Under the pieces are notes generated by a model. That model was given only the letters and a program-made list of their open reading frames with translations. It was not told the DNA's origin and ran no database searches. Positions 1 through 11,064 of a stretch of DNA of 64,000 nucleotides are shown here, in pieces. This DNA is from an uncultured Gammaproteobacteria bacterium (GTDB lineage Bacteria > Pseudomonadota > Gammaproteobacteria > UBA9214). The translations under genes were made by a program, and so were the position numbers. Where the stretch lies: NCBI GenBank assembly GCA_963827755.1, contig CAWHCQ010000010.1:9101-73100 (forward strand), read 5' to 3'. The first letter of the stretch is position 1, and every line of letters begins with the position of its first letter.

Positions 1-313
1 CATTCGGGTTACGCACCACGAACTGCGAGCCCTGCAAATCCTCGACATAATCAACCTCGGAACCCATCAGGTACTGGATACTCATGGGATCGATGACCAG
101 GGCGACGTCGCCGTTTTCAATGGTTATGTCACCCTCGGTGACATTCTCGTCAAACGAGAAACCGTACTGAAAACCGGAACAGCCGCCGCCGGAGATGTAC
201 AGGCGCAGCTTGAGGTTTGGATTTTTTTCCTCTTCAATCAGGCGCTTGACCTTGCTCGCGGCCGCGTCTGTAAAGGTCAAATCGACGGCTGGTGCTATAG
301 CAACTTCACTCAT
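1..313 (-). CDS. erpA: Iron-sulfur cluster insertion protein ErpA (3' end runs off the window)
   Basis: Manual translation from ATG 313: [56 protein letters not shown], the A-type carrier signature. Typical argC-bactofilin-erpA neighbourhood. Confidence 0.93.
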   Translation of the reverse strand, partial: MSEVAIAPAVDLTFTDAAASKVKRLIEEEKNPNLKLRLYISGGGCSGFQYGFSFDENVTEGDITIENGDVALVIDPMSIQYLMGSEVDYVEDLQGSQFVVRNPN

Positions 314-388
314 AACTTATACGACCTCTTGCCGGTGACAACGTTTCATGCAAAAAGTATGTCATTTCCCGAGTAAAATGGTCAAGTA

Positions 389-823
389 TTACTCTTGGGA
401 GTCATGACCCCCCGCCATATCCCGGCCGAAAGAAATCACCGAACTGGAGGATTCTTCCCGGTGTATCAGGCTGCCGTTGACCTGGGCACCCATGGCCATC
501 TCGATCAGGTTGTAATACACATCGCCGCTGACCTTTGCCTTGGAGGCCAGTTCGATCCGTTCATCCGAACGGATATCTCCACTCACAGTACCATTGAGAA
601 TAACCGTGGCCGCCTGTACAGCACCCTCGATACTGCCATGCTCGCTGACCGTGAGTATCGACGCTGAACCTTCCTCGGCAACGACATTGCCCTTGAGGGT
701 ACCGTCGATATGCAAACTGCCGGTGAAGTGAATATCGCCTTCAACCCGGCTTTGTTGCCCGATGATGGTATTCGCTGCCGCGCCTTGCCTCGTTTCTTTC
801 CTGCCTTGCCCCAACATAGCCAT
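389..823 (-). CDS. Bactofilin (polymer-forming cytoskeletal protein, CcmA family)
   Basis: TIIG..SRVEGDIHFTGSLHIDGTLKGNV beta-helix repeats. Confidence 0.9.
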   Translation of the reverse strand: MAMLGQGRKETRQGAAANTIIGQQSRVEGDIHFTGSLHIDGTLKGNVVAEEGSASILTVSEHGSIEGAVQAATVILNGTVSGDIRSDERIELASKAKVSGDVYYNLIEMAMGAQVNGSLIHREESSSSVISFGRDMAGGHDSQE

Positions 824-833
824 TCTCCTGTTG

Positions 834-1529
834 TTAAGAACCCGCTTCAGGCCAGTCGAATACCTGTTCCACGGCTTCCTGCCCGGCCTTGCCCGCCGGC
901 GTAACCGCCAGGGTTACCTGCGTGGCCTCGAAACCCTCCGGCAGGGTAATCACGCCCGAGAGGGACTGAAAATAGCGAAAACGGAATTTAAGCTGCAGTA
1001 CAGCAGGATGGGTCACGCCCGCAAGTCCCAGTTCGCCGGGCTCGCCCATCATCAACCCGGATATCCTCCAGTAAACCACGCCACTGACAAATCGCTTGTG
1101 CTGCGCCAGCTGTGTCAGCACCAGGGTATACACATACCTGCCGGGCAGCACATCTTGCTTCAGCTTGAAGCGGTGAATACGCAACCCGGACTGCACTGCA
1201 CCGGGAGAGACGATGCCGCGGTAAAATTCAACCTCTTCGCGCGCCGCCTGCAACTCCTCCTCCAGCCTTGCCAGGTCATTGCTGACATCCTCGATGGCCT
1301 CGCGGTCAATCACGGCTGATCGCTCAAAAACCGCAATCCGGCCGTTCAGGGACTCGTTCTCTCTCAGCAGCCTGATATTCTGCTCCATCAGGCCTGCGTG
1401 CCCGGTGCGCAGTTCTGCAAGCTCCACGGCGCCATTCAACTTGCCGAAATCGTACAACCACCAGAGCCCGTATACCGCCAGGCCGATAGCGGCAACGCCG
1501 GCGAGAAGCGTCAGGTAATCACGCAGCAT
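834..1529 (-). CDS. Membrane-anchored coiled-coil protein (DUF6776-like)
   Basis: N-terminal TM, coiled coil, EEVEFYRGIV and FRYFQ..G...LPEGF motifs; located between argC and bactofilin. Confidence 0.7.
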   Translation of the reverse strand: MLRDYLTLLAGVAAIGLAVYGLWWLYDFGKLNGAVELAELRTGHAGLMEQNIRLLRENESLNGRIAVFERSAVIDREAIEDVSNDLARLEEELQAAREEVEFYRGIVSPGAVQSGLRIHRFKLKQDVLPGRYVYTLVLTQLAQHKRFVSGVVYWRISGLMMGEPGELGLAGVTHPAVLQLKFRFRYFQSLSGVITLPEGFEATQVTLAVTPAGKAGQEAVEQVFDWPEAGS

Positions 1530-1583
1530 AGGCCCCCGGTCCAGCCAGGCGGCAAGTGTATATGAGTGTCCGGCCGCGCAGCA

Positions 1584-2615
1584 TCAGGGCAATAACGCAA
1601 TACCCGTCAGCCCGGCCTTTTCATCAAGGCCGAACATAATGTTCATATTCTGCACGGCCTGGCCGGCGGCGCCCTTGACCAGGTTGTCGATGACCGCAAG
1701 CACGACCACGGTATTGCCCTGCTGCGGCCGGTGTATTGCGATCCGGCAATGATTCGCCCCGCGGACACTGCGGGTTTCCGGGTGTGCGCCGGCCGGCAGG
1801 ACATCCACAAAATATTCTTCCGCATAACGCGCTTCGTACAGCGCCTGCAGGTCACGATCGGCATCCGTCAGTTGCGCGTACAGCGTCGCATGGATGCCGC
1901 GAATCATCGGCGTCAGGTGCGGCACAAACGTCAGGCCCACCGGCTGCCCCGCAGCCGCTTCCAGCCCCTGCGAGATTTCCGGCAGGTGGCGGTGACCGGG
2001 CACGGCATAGGCCTTGAAATTTTCACTGGCCTCGCACAGCAACGCGCCGGTTGCAGGCTTTCTGCCGGCGCCACTGACACCGGATTTTGCATCGGCAATC
2101 AGGTGGTTGATGTCGACCAGGCCTTCTTCAAGCAGCGGCAGGAAACCCAGCTGCACGGCCGTCGGATAGCAGCCCGGGTTGGCGACCAGTTGAGCCGGTG
2201 CTATGGCATCACGGTTTATTTCAGCCAGGCCGTAGACCGCCTGTGAAAGAAGATCGGGGCAGGCATGTTCAATTCCGTACCACTGCTCCCAGGTCTGCGG
2301 CTGCCTGAGCCTGAAGTCGGCTGCGAGGTCAATCACGCGCACGCCGGCCTCGAGCAACTGCGGCGCCATTGTCATCGCCGTTCCATTCGGTGTGGCAAAA
2401 TACACCAGGTCACAGCGGGCCAGTTGGCCGGCATCCGGCTGTGAAAATTCCAGGTCAACACAACCGCGCAGGTTTGGAAACATGTCAGCGACGGCAACCC
2501 CGGCCTCTGAACGCGAGGTGATCACGGACAAATCGACGTCCGGGTGCAGGGCAAGCAGGCGCAGCAGCTCTACGCCGGTATAACCCGTCCCGCCGACCAC
2601 AGCGACCTTTATCAT
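1584..2615 (-). CDS. argC: N-acetyl-gamma-glutamyl-phosphate reductase
   Basis: [36 protein letters not shown] motifs. Confidence 0.97.
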   Translation of the reverse strand: MIKVAVVGGTGYTGVELLRLLALHPDVDLSVITSRSEAGVAVADMFPNLRGCVDLEFSQPDAGQLARCDLVYFATPNGTAMTMAPQLLEAGVRVIDLAADFRLRQPQTWEQWYGIEHACPDLLSQAVYGLAEINRDAIAPAQLVANPGCYPTAVQLGFLPLLEEGLVDINHLIADAKSGVSGAGRKPATGALLCEASENFKAYAVPGHRHLPEISQGLEAAAGQPVGLTFVPHLTPMIRGIHATLYAQLTDADRDLQALYEARYAEEYFVDVLPAGAHPETRSVRGANHCRIAIHRPQQGNTVVVLAVIDNLVKGAAGQAVQNMNIMFGLDEKAGLTGIALLP

Positions 2616-2722
2616 GTTCGTGTTACCTGTAGAATGAATTGCAGGTCAAGGATAGTACACCATCCCGGGAGCCTGTCGGACCCGGGCCGGTGATTCTACA
2701 ATATGTGCCCTGTTATCGTTAT

Positions 2723-2810
2723 GTAGCCCGAATGAAGCATCGCGGAATCCGGGAAAGCATGAGCACACGACCACCCCGGATTCCTGTCCTGCGGACCTGC
2801 ATCCGGCTAC
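2723..2810. repeat. Inverted REP doublet (REPIN-like), GTAG family 1
   Basis: GTAGCCCGAATGAAGCATCGCGGAATCCGGG (2723-2753) and inverted CCCGGATTCCTGTCCTGCGGACCTGCATCCGGCTAC (2775-2810); near-identical copy at 5136-5172. Confidence 0.7.
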
Positions 2811-2835
2811 GGTACTTACCCGCCAGGGACTGATT

Positions 2836-4578
2836 ATGCTGAAGCGCCAGTGGAACCAATGGCTGGATAATCTCGGGCTGCGCCTTTCCAGCCTGGATGC
2901 GCTGCCACAACTTGCCATGCTTGCCATACCGGTCGGCCTGCTGTCCGCCGGCGTGATCATCGCTTTCCGCATGCTGGTGGAATCCTCCCAGGCCGCGCTG
3001 CTGCCGGGTGGCGACGTTGAAAACTACGAAGCACTGGCGCCAACGCTCAGGTTCCTGCTGCCCGCGGGCGGCGGACTGCTGATCGGGCTCGGCCTGCAAT
3101 ACCTGCGCGATGAAACCCGCCAGACCGGCATTGTGCATGTCATGGAACGGCTCGCCTATCACCAGGGAAAACTTCCCCTGCGCAATGCCATCACACAATT
3201 CCTCGGCGCGGCAATCAGTATTATCAGCGGGCACTCGGTCGGCCGCGAGGGCCCGAATGTGCACCTCGGCGCGACCAGCGGCAGCCTGCTGGGTCAATGG
3301 CTGCGCCTGCCCAATAACAGCAACCGCACCCTTGCCGCCTGCGGTATTGCCGCGGCCATTGCGGCCTCGTTCAATACACCGCTGGCCGGTGTCATCTTCG
3401 CCATGGAAGTGGTCATGATGGAATATTCACTGGCGAGTTTTGCGCCGGTGATCCTCTCGGCCGTGATTGCCACGACGCTGACGCAGGCGGTATTCGGCAG
3501 TGGCACTGTCTTTACCATTCCCCCCACGCAGCTCGGCTCCCTGCTGGAGTTGCCGTATGTCACCCTGATGGGCATCGCCCTGGGCAGCCTGGCGGCGCTG
3601 TTCATTCACCTGTTGCAGCATTCCACCCGCCGCTCCTCCGGCTGGCCGATCTGGCTGCGCTGCAGCCTCGGCGGCAGCATCGTTGGCGGCATTGCACTGC
3701 TGGTGCCCGAGGTCATGGGGATTGGTTACGACACGGTCAACCAGGCGCTGCTCGGGCAGCTGGGCTTGTCCATGCTGCTGGCGATCACCGCGGCAAAGCT
3801 GCTGGCCACCGCACTCGGGCTGGGGCTGGGCCTGCCCGGCGGCCTGATCGGACCGATGCTGGTCAGCGGTGCGGTCGCGGGCGGCGCCATGGGCATCATG
3901 GCCGACACCTGGCTGCCGGGAGACATTGCCTCGCCGGCCTTCTACGCCATGATCGGCATGGGCACCATGATGGGGGCGACCCTGCAGGCGCCGCTGGCCG
4001 CGCTCACCGCCATGCTGGAACTGACCGCCAATCCGCATATCATCCTGCCCGGCATGCTGGCGCTGATCGCGGGCGGACTGGTGAGCCGTGAAATCTTCGG
4101 CAAGGCCTCGGTTTACCTGGTGTTGATGCGCGTACAGGGCCTCGACTACAACGACACACCGCTCACCCAGACCCTGCGCCGCATCGGCGTGGCCAGTGTC
4201 ATGGACCGCCAGCTTGAAACACTGCCGCAGACATGCAGCCGCGAACAGGTTAAAACCGCGCTGGCCAATGAACCGCGCTGGATCGTGATCCTGGAGGACA
4301 GTTTACCGGTCAGCCTGATGCCGGCCGCCGACCTTGCGCGCCATCTCCAGGAACCGGGGACCGGGGAGGAATCGCCGGTCAACCTGCTGGAGATCCCGGC
4401 CACGCGGCTGGAGTTCAGTGACATCGACTTCCAGTCTACGCTGCAGGAGGCACTCGACAGATTGAATTCAACGGGCAGGGAAGCACTCTACGTTACCCGG
4501 CACGCCGTGCCCGGTATCAAGCGGATTCACGGGGTACTCACCCGCGAGATCATCGACCGGAGTTACCGCCTGCGCTAG
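2836..4578 (+). CDS. ClC-family chloride channel/antiporter with C-terminal CBS-like region
   Basis: GREGP motif, FNTPLAGVIFAME, GLPGGLIGP, multiple TM helices. Confidence 0.92.
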   Translation: MLKRQWNQWLDNLGLRLSSLDALPQLAMLAIPVGLLSAGVIIAFRMLVESSQAALLPGGDVENYEALAPTLRFLLPAGGGLLIGLGLQYLRDETRQTGIVHVMERLAYHQGKLPLRNAITQFLGAAISIISGHSVGREGPNVHLGATSGSLLGQWLRLPNNSNRTLAACGIAAAIAASFNTPLAGVIFAMEVVMMEYSLASFAPVILSAVIATTLTQAVFGSGTVFTIPPTQLGSLLELPYVTLMGIALGSLAALFIHLLQHSTRRSSGWPIWLRCSLGGSIVGGIALLVPEVMGIGYDTVNQALLGQLGLSMLLAITAAKLLATALGLGLGLPGGLIGPMLVSGAVAGGAMGIMADTWLPGDIASPAFYAMIGMGTMMGATLQAPLAALTAMLELTANPHIILPGMLALIAGGLVSREIFGKASVYLVLMRVQGLDYNDTPLTQTLRRIGVASVMDRQLETLPQTCSREQVKTALANEPRWIVILEDSLPVSLMPAADLARHLQEPGTGEESPVNLLEIPATRLEFSDIDFQSTLQEALDRLNSTGREALYVTRHAVPGIKRIHGVLTREIIDRSYRLR

Positions 4579-4588
4579 TTCGACGGCT

Positions 4589-5053
4589 CTACTGGTCTGT
4601 GCCGGGCATGGCCGCGGGTTGCGGAAGATCACCGGCGCCATTGATGGAAACCACCGCGCCACCGCGGCTGACGTTGCAGTTGAAGCTGTATTCACGCGAC
4701 TCACCGCCCGCATCCAGCAGGGTGTACTCGACATCGCCCACATAATAGCCGGCGCTGGTCTCCTCGGCCTTGCCGTTATCCGTCAAACGCGCAAAACCGG
4801 GATTGCCGGTCGCGGCCAGCGCTGCCTTGCGACAGGCCTCGGCCGCGTTCCATTTCTCGGCATCCAGCAAACGATCCACCCAGCTCGAAAATGCCGGTAT
4901 TTCCTCGCGCGCAATGAATGCCGCAACCACTGCGAATATCAGCAGGGGAACGAGCTTTCTCATGCGCTGGCTGTGTTCACGCTCACGCCGCAAGGCGCCT
5001 TCCGAGCGCAAACTGTCCGTGACGGGCGTGGACTTTTTTCCGTTTTTCACCAT
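4589..5053 (-). CDS. Hypothetical membrane-anchored protein
   Basis: 154-aa ORF with one TM and two Cys; fills the gap convergent to the ClC gene. Confidence 0.6.
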   Translation of the reverse strand: MVKNGKKSTPVTDSLRSEGALRREREHSQRMRKLVPLLIFAVVAAFIAREEIPAFSSWVDRLLDAEKWNAAEACRKAALAATGNPGFARLTDNGKAEETSAGYYVGDVEYTLLDAGGESREYSFNCNVSRGGAVVSINGAGDLPQPAAMPGTDQ

Positions 5054-5135
5054 GATTGATCCTCAACACTGCCAGTAAAATATATCACAGCTTCCGCAGG
5101 AGCCGCCTGAAGGATACGGGTCGCCGGCAAGCAGC

Positions 5136-5172
5136 GTAGTCCGGATGCAGGTCCGCAGGACCGGAATCCGGG
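5136..5172 (+). repeat. Single REP, GTAG family 1
   Basis: GTAGTCCGGATGCAGGTCCGCAGGACCGGAATCCGGG is the reverse complement of 2775-2810 with 2 differences. Confidence 0.7.
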
Positions 5173-5209
5173 TTGGTCGGGTATTCAGGCCGGGATCTTC
5201 AAGGATATG

Positions 5210-6316
5210 TCAGACGTCCTGGCCCTCGACAAGCGACGGGGTTACCAGGCCCTCGACCTCGATCGTCACGTGATGCACCTGCGGTACCCGTGACCTGATG
5301 GCGGCCGCCAGTTCGTCGATAACGCTCTCGGTCCGCTCCAGGGTGGCCTGCGCGGCGGCACGGTTACGGCAATACTCCTGCACCTTTGCGTCACCGCGCC
5401 GCGCCGCAGACAACGGCGCCAGGTATTCACGCTCGTAGGCCTCGATGGTGACCTGCAGGCCGGCGACGATGGCCTCTTCACGCAATTCAATTTCCGCAAC
5501 CAGCACGGTGTGCATGTCGTCGATAACGATCGAGCGTAAATCATGATAGCGCTCGACTTCGCGGTGTTCTGCAACCACCTGAACAAATGCGGCCTCCGCC
5601 GCCTTGTCGCGCACATCGGTCAGGAAGCGCATGTTGACCGCGCCGAGAAAAAAGGCGGTGAAACCGAGCAGCAGGGCAATGATCGAGGAGAAGGCAACGT
5701 CCCAGGCGGGATTGCCGGTAAACGTCGCAAGCGCGATGCCCGTCATCGCAACGACCACGCCGAGCGTTGCGACTGTATCCTCGAGGACAATGGCCACCAG
5801 CGTCGGATCATTCGAGTTGAGCAGCGCGCGAACCGGGTTCGACTCACCGGCCTGGCGCATGCGCCTCCTGAACTCGGACACGGCTACACCCAGTGAATAA
5901 CCATCCAGCAGCAGTGCAACAAACAGGACAACGGCTGAAATCCACACGGGGGCAATACTCATGCCGAATATTTCGACCAGCGACTGCGGCTGCTGATTTC
6001 CCATGATTTTCCACGAATGCCAGGCATGCGCCAGGCCCAGGCCGCAGCCGATCGAAAACAGGCCAATGGCACTCCACAGGTTCCACAGGTATTTTTTCTG
6101 GCCATGCCCGAAGGCATAGTCCGCATCCGCCGGCTGCCTTGCCGCATTCAGGCCGAACAGCAGGAATGCCTGGTTGAGACTGTCCATCAGGCTGTGAATG
6201 GCCTCGTTCATCATCGAGGCCGAATGGGACAATACCGCCGCGATGAACTTGAAGATCGTCAGCAGCGAATTGACGAACAATGCCGTGACAACCGCTTTTC
6301 TCGAAGCGTGCGCCAT
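5210..6316 (-). CDS. Cation diffusion facilitator (CDF) family transporter
   Basis: EAIHSLMD, YAFGHG and VLED motifs, 6 TM helices. Confidence 0.9.
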   Translation of the reverse strand: MAHASRKAVVTALFVNSLLTIFKFIAAVLSHSASMMNEAIHSLMDSLNQAFLLFGLNAARQPADADYAFGHGQKKYLWNLWSAIGLFSIGCGLGLAHAWHSWKIMGNQQPQSLVEIFGMSIAPVWISAVVLFVALLLDGYSLGVAVSEFRRRMRQAGESNPVRALLNSNDPTLVAIVLEDTVATLGVVVAMTGIALATFTGNPAWDVAFSSIIALLLGFTAFFLGAVNMRFLTDVRDKAAEAAFVQVVAEHREVERYHDLRSIVIDDMHTVLVAEIELREEAIVAGLQVTIEAYEREYLAPLSAARRGDAKVQEYCRNRAAAQATLERTESVIDELAAAIRSRVPQVHHVTIEVEGLVTPSLVEGQDV

Positions 6317-6367
6317 CGTCAGAGCCGCACGCCGGCGATGCGCACTGTGTACGGGGTTATAACAGGC

Positions 6368-6842
6368 TTACTTGTAGCGCGTATCATTGAACTCTATCCA
6401 GCCACCGGCACGATTGTTTTGCGGATCATGGTGCGTCCAGTGAATCACACCGCCGCGGTCATTCCATTCATAGCGGCCCTTCAGTTTTATGCTGTCGTTC
6501 TTCTGCAGAGGAATGCGCTTTGCAAGATCGATGTTATGCGCCACCATCACGGTGTGCCCGCTGTCGAGCGTCGAGGATAAAACGCTGGTGCCGGCTGCCC
6601 TCATTATCATCGGACAGCAGGCGCGAGACACGCCCCGGCACCTCGACCCAGACCTTCGAACGCTGCTCCGCATAGGCCTGCTCGATGACGCCGGCCTGCT
6701 TGCCGGTCGTTTCCACGGCATCCGCTTGAAACCCGGCTGTTTCGGTTGCCGTATCCTGGTGTTGCGTATAGTACTGGTAGGCAAGCAGTCCGAGCACTAC
6801 CAAAAGCGGCAGCAGTTTGTTTTTAATGAACGCGCGATTCAT
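6368..6842 (-). CDS. DUF3465-family protein (frameshift near 6572, probable sequencing error)
   Basis: N-terminal half in ORF 6534-6842 (LLSDDNEGSRHQRFIL) continues in ORF 6368-6784 (VAHNIDLA...YEWN..GGVIHWTHHDP). Confidence 0.8.
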
Positions 6843-6875
6843 ACCAGATCCTTGCAGATAAAAAGAAAGTGACGG

Positions 6876-8348
6876 CTAACCCTTCAGAATTGATCCGAGT
6901 ATGCCGCGGGTAATCTGCCGGCCCAGGGAACTGCCGACCGAGCGCACCACGCTCTTGATCATGGCCTCTATGACCCCCTGGCGATTGCTTTTCCTGGCCG
7001 CGGGTTTTTTGGCGGCCTTTTCCGCAGCCGCGGTCTCTTTTGCATCGGCCTCCGCAACGACGGCCTTCTCAGCCCGCTCCTTGAGTGATTCATAGGCCGA
7101 CTTGCGATCGATTGCCTCGGCATAACGCCGGCCGAGCATGCTTGCCTCGATGATCGCGTTACACTCCGCCGGGGTTGCAGGACCCAGCCTGGAGGACGGC
7201 GGCCGTATCAGGGTGCGCTCGACCATGTCCGGAACACCCTTGCGACCGAGCATCGACACCAGCGCTTCACCCACCCCGAGTTCCTTGATTGCTGCGACCG
7301 CATCAAAGGCCGGGTTGGCACGAAAGGTATCGGCAGCGGCACGCACGGCCTTCTGGTCACGCGGTGTAAAGGCACGCAGCGCATGCTGAATCCGGTTACC
7401 CAGCTGACCGAGCACGGAGTCGGGAATATCCAGCGGATTCTGGGTCACGAAATACACACCCACACCTTTTGAACGGATCAGCCGAACCACCTGCTCGACC
7501 TTTTTAACCAGGGCCCTGGGTGCATCGTCGAACAACAGATGCGCCTCGTCGAAAAAGAAGACCAGCCGCGGCTTGTCCGGATCACCAACCTCGGGCAATT
7601 CTTCAAACAGTTCGGATAACAGCCACAACAGGAAGGTTGCGTACAATTTCGGGTACTGCATCAGGGTATCGGCAGCGAGGATATTGATATTGCCATAGCC
7701 ACCGGCGCCGGTGCGCATGAAGTCGAACAGATCGAGCGCCGGCTCGCCCAGAAACTCCTCGGCACCCTCCTCCTCCAGCACCAGCAGGCGCCGCTGTATG
7801 GCGCCAACCGAGGCACTGGCGATATTGCCGTATTCCAGCTTCAACGCTTTTGCATTTTCACCCGCAAACGCCAGCAGCGCGCGCAGGTCTTTCAGGTCAA
7901 GCAGTAACAGGCCCTGGTCGTCCGCCATTTTGAAAACGGCATAGAGGACGCCCTCCTGGGTTTCATTCAGACCCAGCAACCGTGCCAGTAACAACGGCCC
8001 CATTTCCGATACCGTGGTGCGCACGCGGTGGCCTTTCTTGCCGAACAGGTCCCAGAAAACAACCGGAAAACTCTCCAGCACATAGTCATCGAGCCCGATC
8101 TTCTCGGCGCGTTCCTTCAGCTTCGGATGTTCCGTGCCGGCCTGGCTGATGCCGGACAAGTCACCCTTCACATCGGCCATGAAGACCGGCACGCCAAGGC
8201 GCGAAAAACCCTCGGCAAGGATCTGCAGCGATACCGTCTTGCCGGTACCGGTTGCACCCGCTATCAAGCCATGCCGGTTGGCAAGCTTTGGCTGCAGGTA
8301 CATCGGTTTTGTACCCTTGCCGACAAATATACCCTGTTCATCACTCAT
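6876..8348 (-). CDS. HerA-like ATPase, DUF853/YjgR family
   Basis: Walker [31 protein letters not shown]. Confidence 0.92.
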   Translation of the reverse strand: MSDEQGIFVGKGTKPMYLQPKLANRHGLIAGATGTGKTVSLQILAEGFSRLGVPVFMADVKGDLSGISQAGTEHPKLKERAEKIGLDDYVLESFPVVFWDLFGKKGHRVRTTVSEMGPLLLARLLGLNETQEGVLYAVFKMADDQGLLLLDLKDLRALLAFAGENAKALKLEYGNIASASVGAIQRRLLVLEEEGAEEFLGEPALDLFDFMRTGAGGYGNINILAADTLMQYPKLYATFLLWLLSELFEELPEVGDPDKPRLVFFFDEAHLLFDDAPRALVKKVEQVVRLIRSKGVGVYFVTQNPLDIPDSVLGQLGNRIQHALRAFTPRDQKAVRAAADTFRANPAFDAVAAIKELGVGEALVSMLGRKGVPDMVERTLIRPPSSRLGPATPAECNAIIEASMLGRRYAEAIDRKSAYESLKERAEKAVVAEADAKETAAAEKAAKKPAARKSNRQGVIEAMIKSVVRSVGSSLGRQITRGILGSILKG

Positions 8349-8368
8349 TGGATGCGCTCCTCCTGTTT

Positions 8369-8575
8369 TCAGGCCAGCCCGGTTGCATCCGGGAAATGAC
8401 CAAGCTTGTCCACCGTACGTGCATATTCATTGCCAAGCTCTTTCAACTCGCCCAGCTCCAGCATGGACGGCGGCTGCCCGGAGGCCTTGATGGCTCTCTG
8501 TATGGTCTGCATGCGCTCTATAATCTGTTCAAGACGTTGCTGTGCATTTTCTGCTTTCAAACGGCTACCCTCCAT
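8369..8575 (-). CDS. Small hypothetical protein (68 aa)
   Basis: Helical ORF that starts directly after the stop of the upstream GalT-like gene, same strand. Confidence 0.6.
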   Translation of the reverse strand: MEGSRLKAENAQQRLEQIIERMQTIQRAIKASGQPPSMLELGELKELGNEYARTVDKLGHFPDATGLA

Positions 8576-9658
8576 TTATATGGCATCACGCAGCCGGGCA
8601 GCTGCATCTTCCGGACTGATGGTTGTAACAAACAGGCCGGAACCCAGCTCAAACCCGGAAGGAATAGTGGTCCTCGGGCAAATTTCCATGTGCCAGTGAT
8701 AACTCGCATCACAGTCGCTGAATTCGTCGCAACGCGGCACCGTGTGAAAATAATAATTGTATTGTGCACCGCTCAATACCTTGTCGAGACGCTGCATGGT
8801 GCGCTTCAACAGGATTGACAGGTCTGCAAGGTCTTCCGCCGTTGCCTTCATGAAACTGCTCTGGTGCTGAACGGGCAGGATATGCACTTCCCATTCATAA
8901 CGACTCGCAAACGGCTTGATGGCGATAAACCGTTCGCTGCGCTCGATCACGTACTGGCCGACATCCACCTTGCGCCTTATCTCGCCGGACTCGCGATTGT
9001 AGATGGTCGCCTCGAAAGTCAATGCCTCGTCAATCAGGCTGCAGAAAATACACTGGTGGTATTTACGGTAATACCTGCGGCTGCTCTCGACTTCATTGTA
9101 AACATTTTCGGGAATGATCGGCATGGCGATCAGCTGGCTGTGGGTATGCTTGATGCTGGCACCGGCTGCCGGGCCGAAATTCTTGAACACCAGCACGTAC
9201 CTGATGCGTTCATCTGCGGCAAACAATTCTTCCATGCGCTGCCTGTACAGCCCGAGCAGCATGCCGATATGCTGCTGCGACATTTCGTGCACCTCGATGC
9301 CGTGCCGGTGATGGTCAATAATCACCTCGTGGTGACCATAGCCGTCCATGACCTGCTGCAGGCCGATACTGATATTGCCCTGGTCGCTCTCGGTACCCAG
9401 CACCGGGAACAGGTTCTGCACGACGCGGATGCTCCAGTCGTCCGCGTCCGGCAGGGCCATGATCGTCGGCGGGGTCTTGTCCTCGTTGCCCTTGCAGAAA
9501 GGGCAGCTGTCCACATGCTCGCGGGAATCATGCGCAACACGCGCCTCTTCCTTTTGCGGGCGCAGGCTCCGCTCTGATGCAACCAGCACAGACTCGGAAG
9601 GAATGATCGGATTGATGCGGATTTCCCGCACCACTTTTTCAGTCGTCACTTTATTCAT
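8576..9658 (-). CDS. Galactose-1-phosphate uridylyltransferase-like (GalT/HIT superfamily)
   Basis: CPFCxGNE zinc motif, FKNFG..AGASIKHTHSQ catalytic HxHxQ, HWHMEI. The ORF is open back to 9739; ATG 9658 preferred. Confidence 0.85.
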   Translation of the reverse strand: MNKVTTEKVVREIRINPIIPSESVLVASERSLRPQKEEARVAHDSREHVDSCPFCKGNEDKTPPTIMALPDADDWSIRVVQNLFPVLGTESDQGNISIGLQQVMDGYGHHEVIIDHHRHGIEVHEMSQQHIGMLLGLYRQRMEELFAADERIRYVLVFKNFGPAAGASIKHTHSQLIAMPIIPENVYNEVESSRRYYRKYHQCIFCSLIDEALTFEATIYNRESGEIRRKVDVGQYVIERSERFIAIKPFASRYEWEVHILPVQHQSSFMKATAEDLADLSILLKRTMQRLDKVLSGAQYNYYFHTVPRCDEFSDCDASYHWHMEICPRTTIPSGFELGSGLFVTTISPEDAAARLRDAI

Positions 9659-9894
9659 TGAATCTCGGTCAAAAACAGCCGGATAGAGCGGCTTTTTTTC
9701 GAATTTACCAGGGGCAAGCATACCGGACGCGGCTCGCAACAGGCGCCAGCCAGCGGTGACGATACACTAACGCTTGATCACAGGGCAATGACACTGTTTA
9801 ATCTGCCGCTCAGGCTGGAAGGGATATTTGCCGCGGTGGCACATATCCGGTTTTCAACAGGGGCCGGGAAAGGCCCGTCAAACGGAGGCAATAC

Positions 9895-10302
9895 ATGAGT
9901 TATAAAATCGAGGAAATCGAAGGGATCGGACCGGCCTACGGCGAAAAACTGGCCGTAGCAAATATCAAGACAACGGATGACCTGCTGAAGCAATGCTGTG
10001 ACGCAAAGGGACGCAAGGGTACGGCCGAAACCACGGGGTTCAGCGAGGGACAACTTCTGAAATGGGCCAACATGGCAGACCTGATGCGCATCTCCGGTGT
10101 GGGCGGGGAATATTCCGAATTACTGAAAGCCTCCGGTGTCGATACGATCAAGGAGTTGCGTAACCGCAACGCGGAAAACCTCGCCGCCAAGATGGCGGAG
10201 GTCAATGCAAGCAAAAAGCTGACCCGTACCGTACCGTCGGAAAAGGTCGTCTCCGGCTGGGTCGAGAAGGCCAAGTCACTTGATCCGCTGATTACCCACT
10301 AG
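9895..10302 (+). CDS. DUF4332-family HhH-containing protein
   Basis: IEGIGP HhH, ADLMRISGVG.EYSELL...GVDT; GGAGG RBS upstream. Confidence 0.85.
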   Translation: MSYKIEEIEGIGPAYGEKLAVANIKTTDDLLKQCCDAKGRKGTAETTGFSEGQLLKWANMADLMRISGVGGEYSELLKASGVDTIKELRNRNAENLAAKMAEVNASKKLTRTVPSEKVVSGWVEKAKSLDPLITH

Positions 10303-10320
10303 GGCCTCTTGTTGCAAGCC

Positions 10321-10352
10321 AAAAAAAAGGGCTGCATCATGCAGCCCTTTTT
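10321..10352. terminator. Bidirectional intrinsic terminator
   Basis: AAAAAAAAGGGCTGCATCATGCAGCCCTTTTT between convergent genes. Confidence 0.85.
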
Positions 10353-10367
10353 CATGGTCACAGGAAA

Positions 10368-11021
10368 CTACCTGCTTTGGCTGACCATATACTGAACAGC
10401 CGCTTTCACGTCATCATTCGAACAGCTGGCACAGGCACCTTTTGGCGGCATGATGCCCTTGCCATTGATGGAACTGGCATATAACGCGTCCATGCCCGTG
10501 GCAATACGCGGCGCCCATGCAGCCTTGTCGCCCAGCTTGGGGGAGCCGGCTACACCCATTGCATGACAGGACTGGCAGCTTTTCTGATAGACCTGCTGCC
10601 CGGCTGCGCCGCCATCTGACATTTCAGCTTCACTTTCCATGTCATTGTCGCCTTCATCCGCGTCATCTGACATATCAGTCACTGCCTCGGTCGCATCTGA
10701 CACCATCTCTTTGGCGCCACTCATCGCGCTGCTCGCCGTAGCGACAACTGCAGTCTTGGCTTCTGACGCCATCTCGCTTGCACCCTTCATCGCATCACTT
10801 GCCGCATCACCAACCGAGCTGCTTGCATCGGAAGCCATCTCGCTGGTCTTGTCCATTGCTTCGCTGGCCGCACCCTTGATGTCACTCATGGCAGTTTTAG
10901 TCGATTCCTTTGCTTTCTCAAGCATGGAGGATTCGGTCTTGCCGGAGGCTGCATCGTCCTTGTCGCTGCAACCGCCAACAAGCAAGGCTGCAACAACAGC
11001 TACAAATAACATTTTGTTCAT
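10368..11021 (-). CDS. Lipoprotein cytochrome c5 with long low-complexity linker
   Basis: Lipobox LVGG-C, Ala/Ser/Met-rich repeats, C-terminal CQSCH heme motif, W.PR...G, MPPKG and CASC. Confidence 0.85.
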   Translation of the reverse strand: MNKMLFVAVVAALLVGGCSDKDDAASGKTESSMLEKAKESTKTAMSDIKGAASEAMDKTSEMASDASSSVGDAASDAMKGASEMASEAKTAVVATASSAMSGAKEMVSDATEAVTDMSDDADEGDNDMESEAEMSDGGAAGQQVYQKSCQSCHAMGVAGSPKLGDKAAWAPRIATGMDALYASSINGKGIMPPKGACASCSNDDVKAAVQYMVSQSR

Positions 11022-11064
11022 AAATTTATTCCTTTGAGTATTAACGGTAAATGGATAATTGCAA

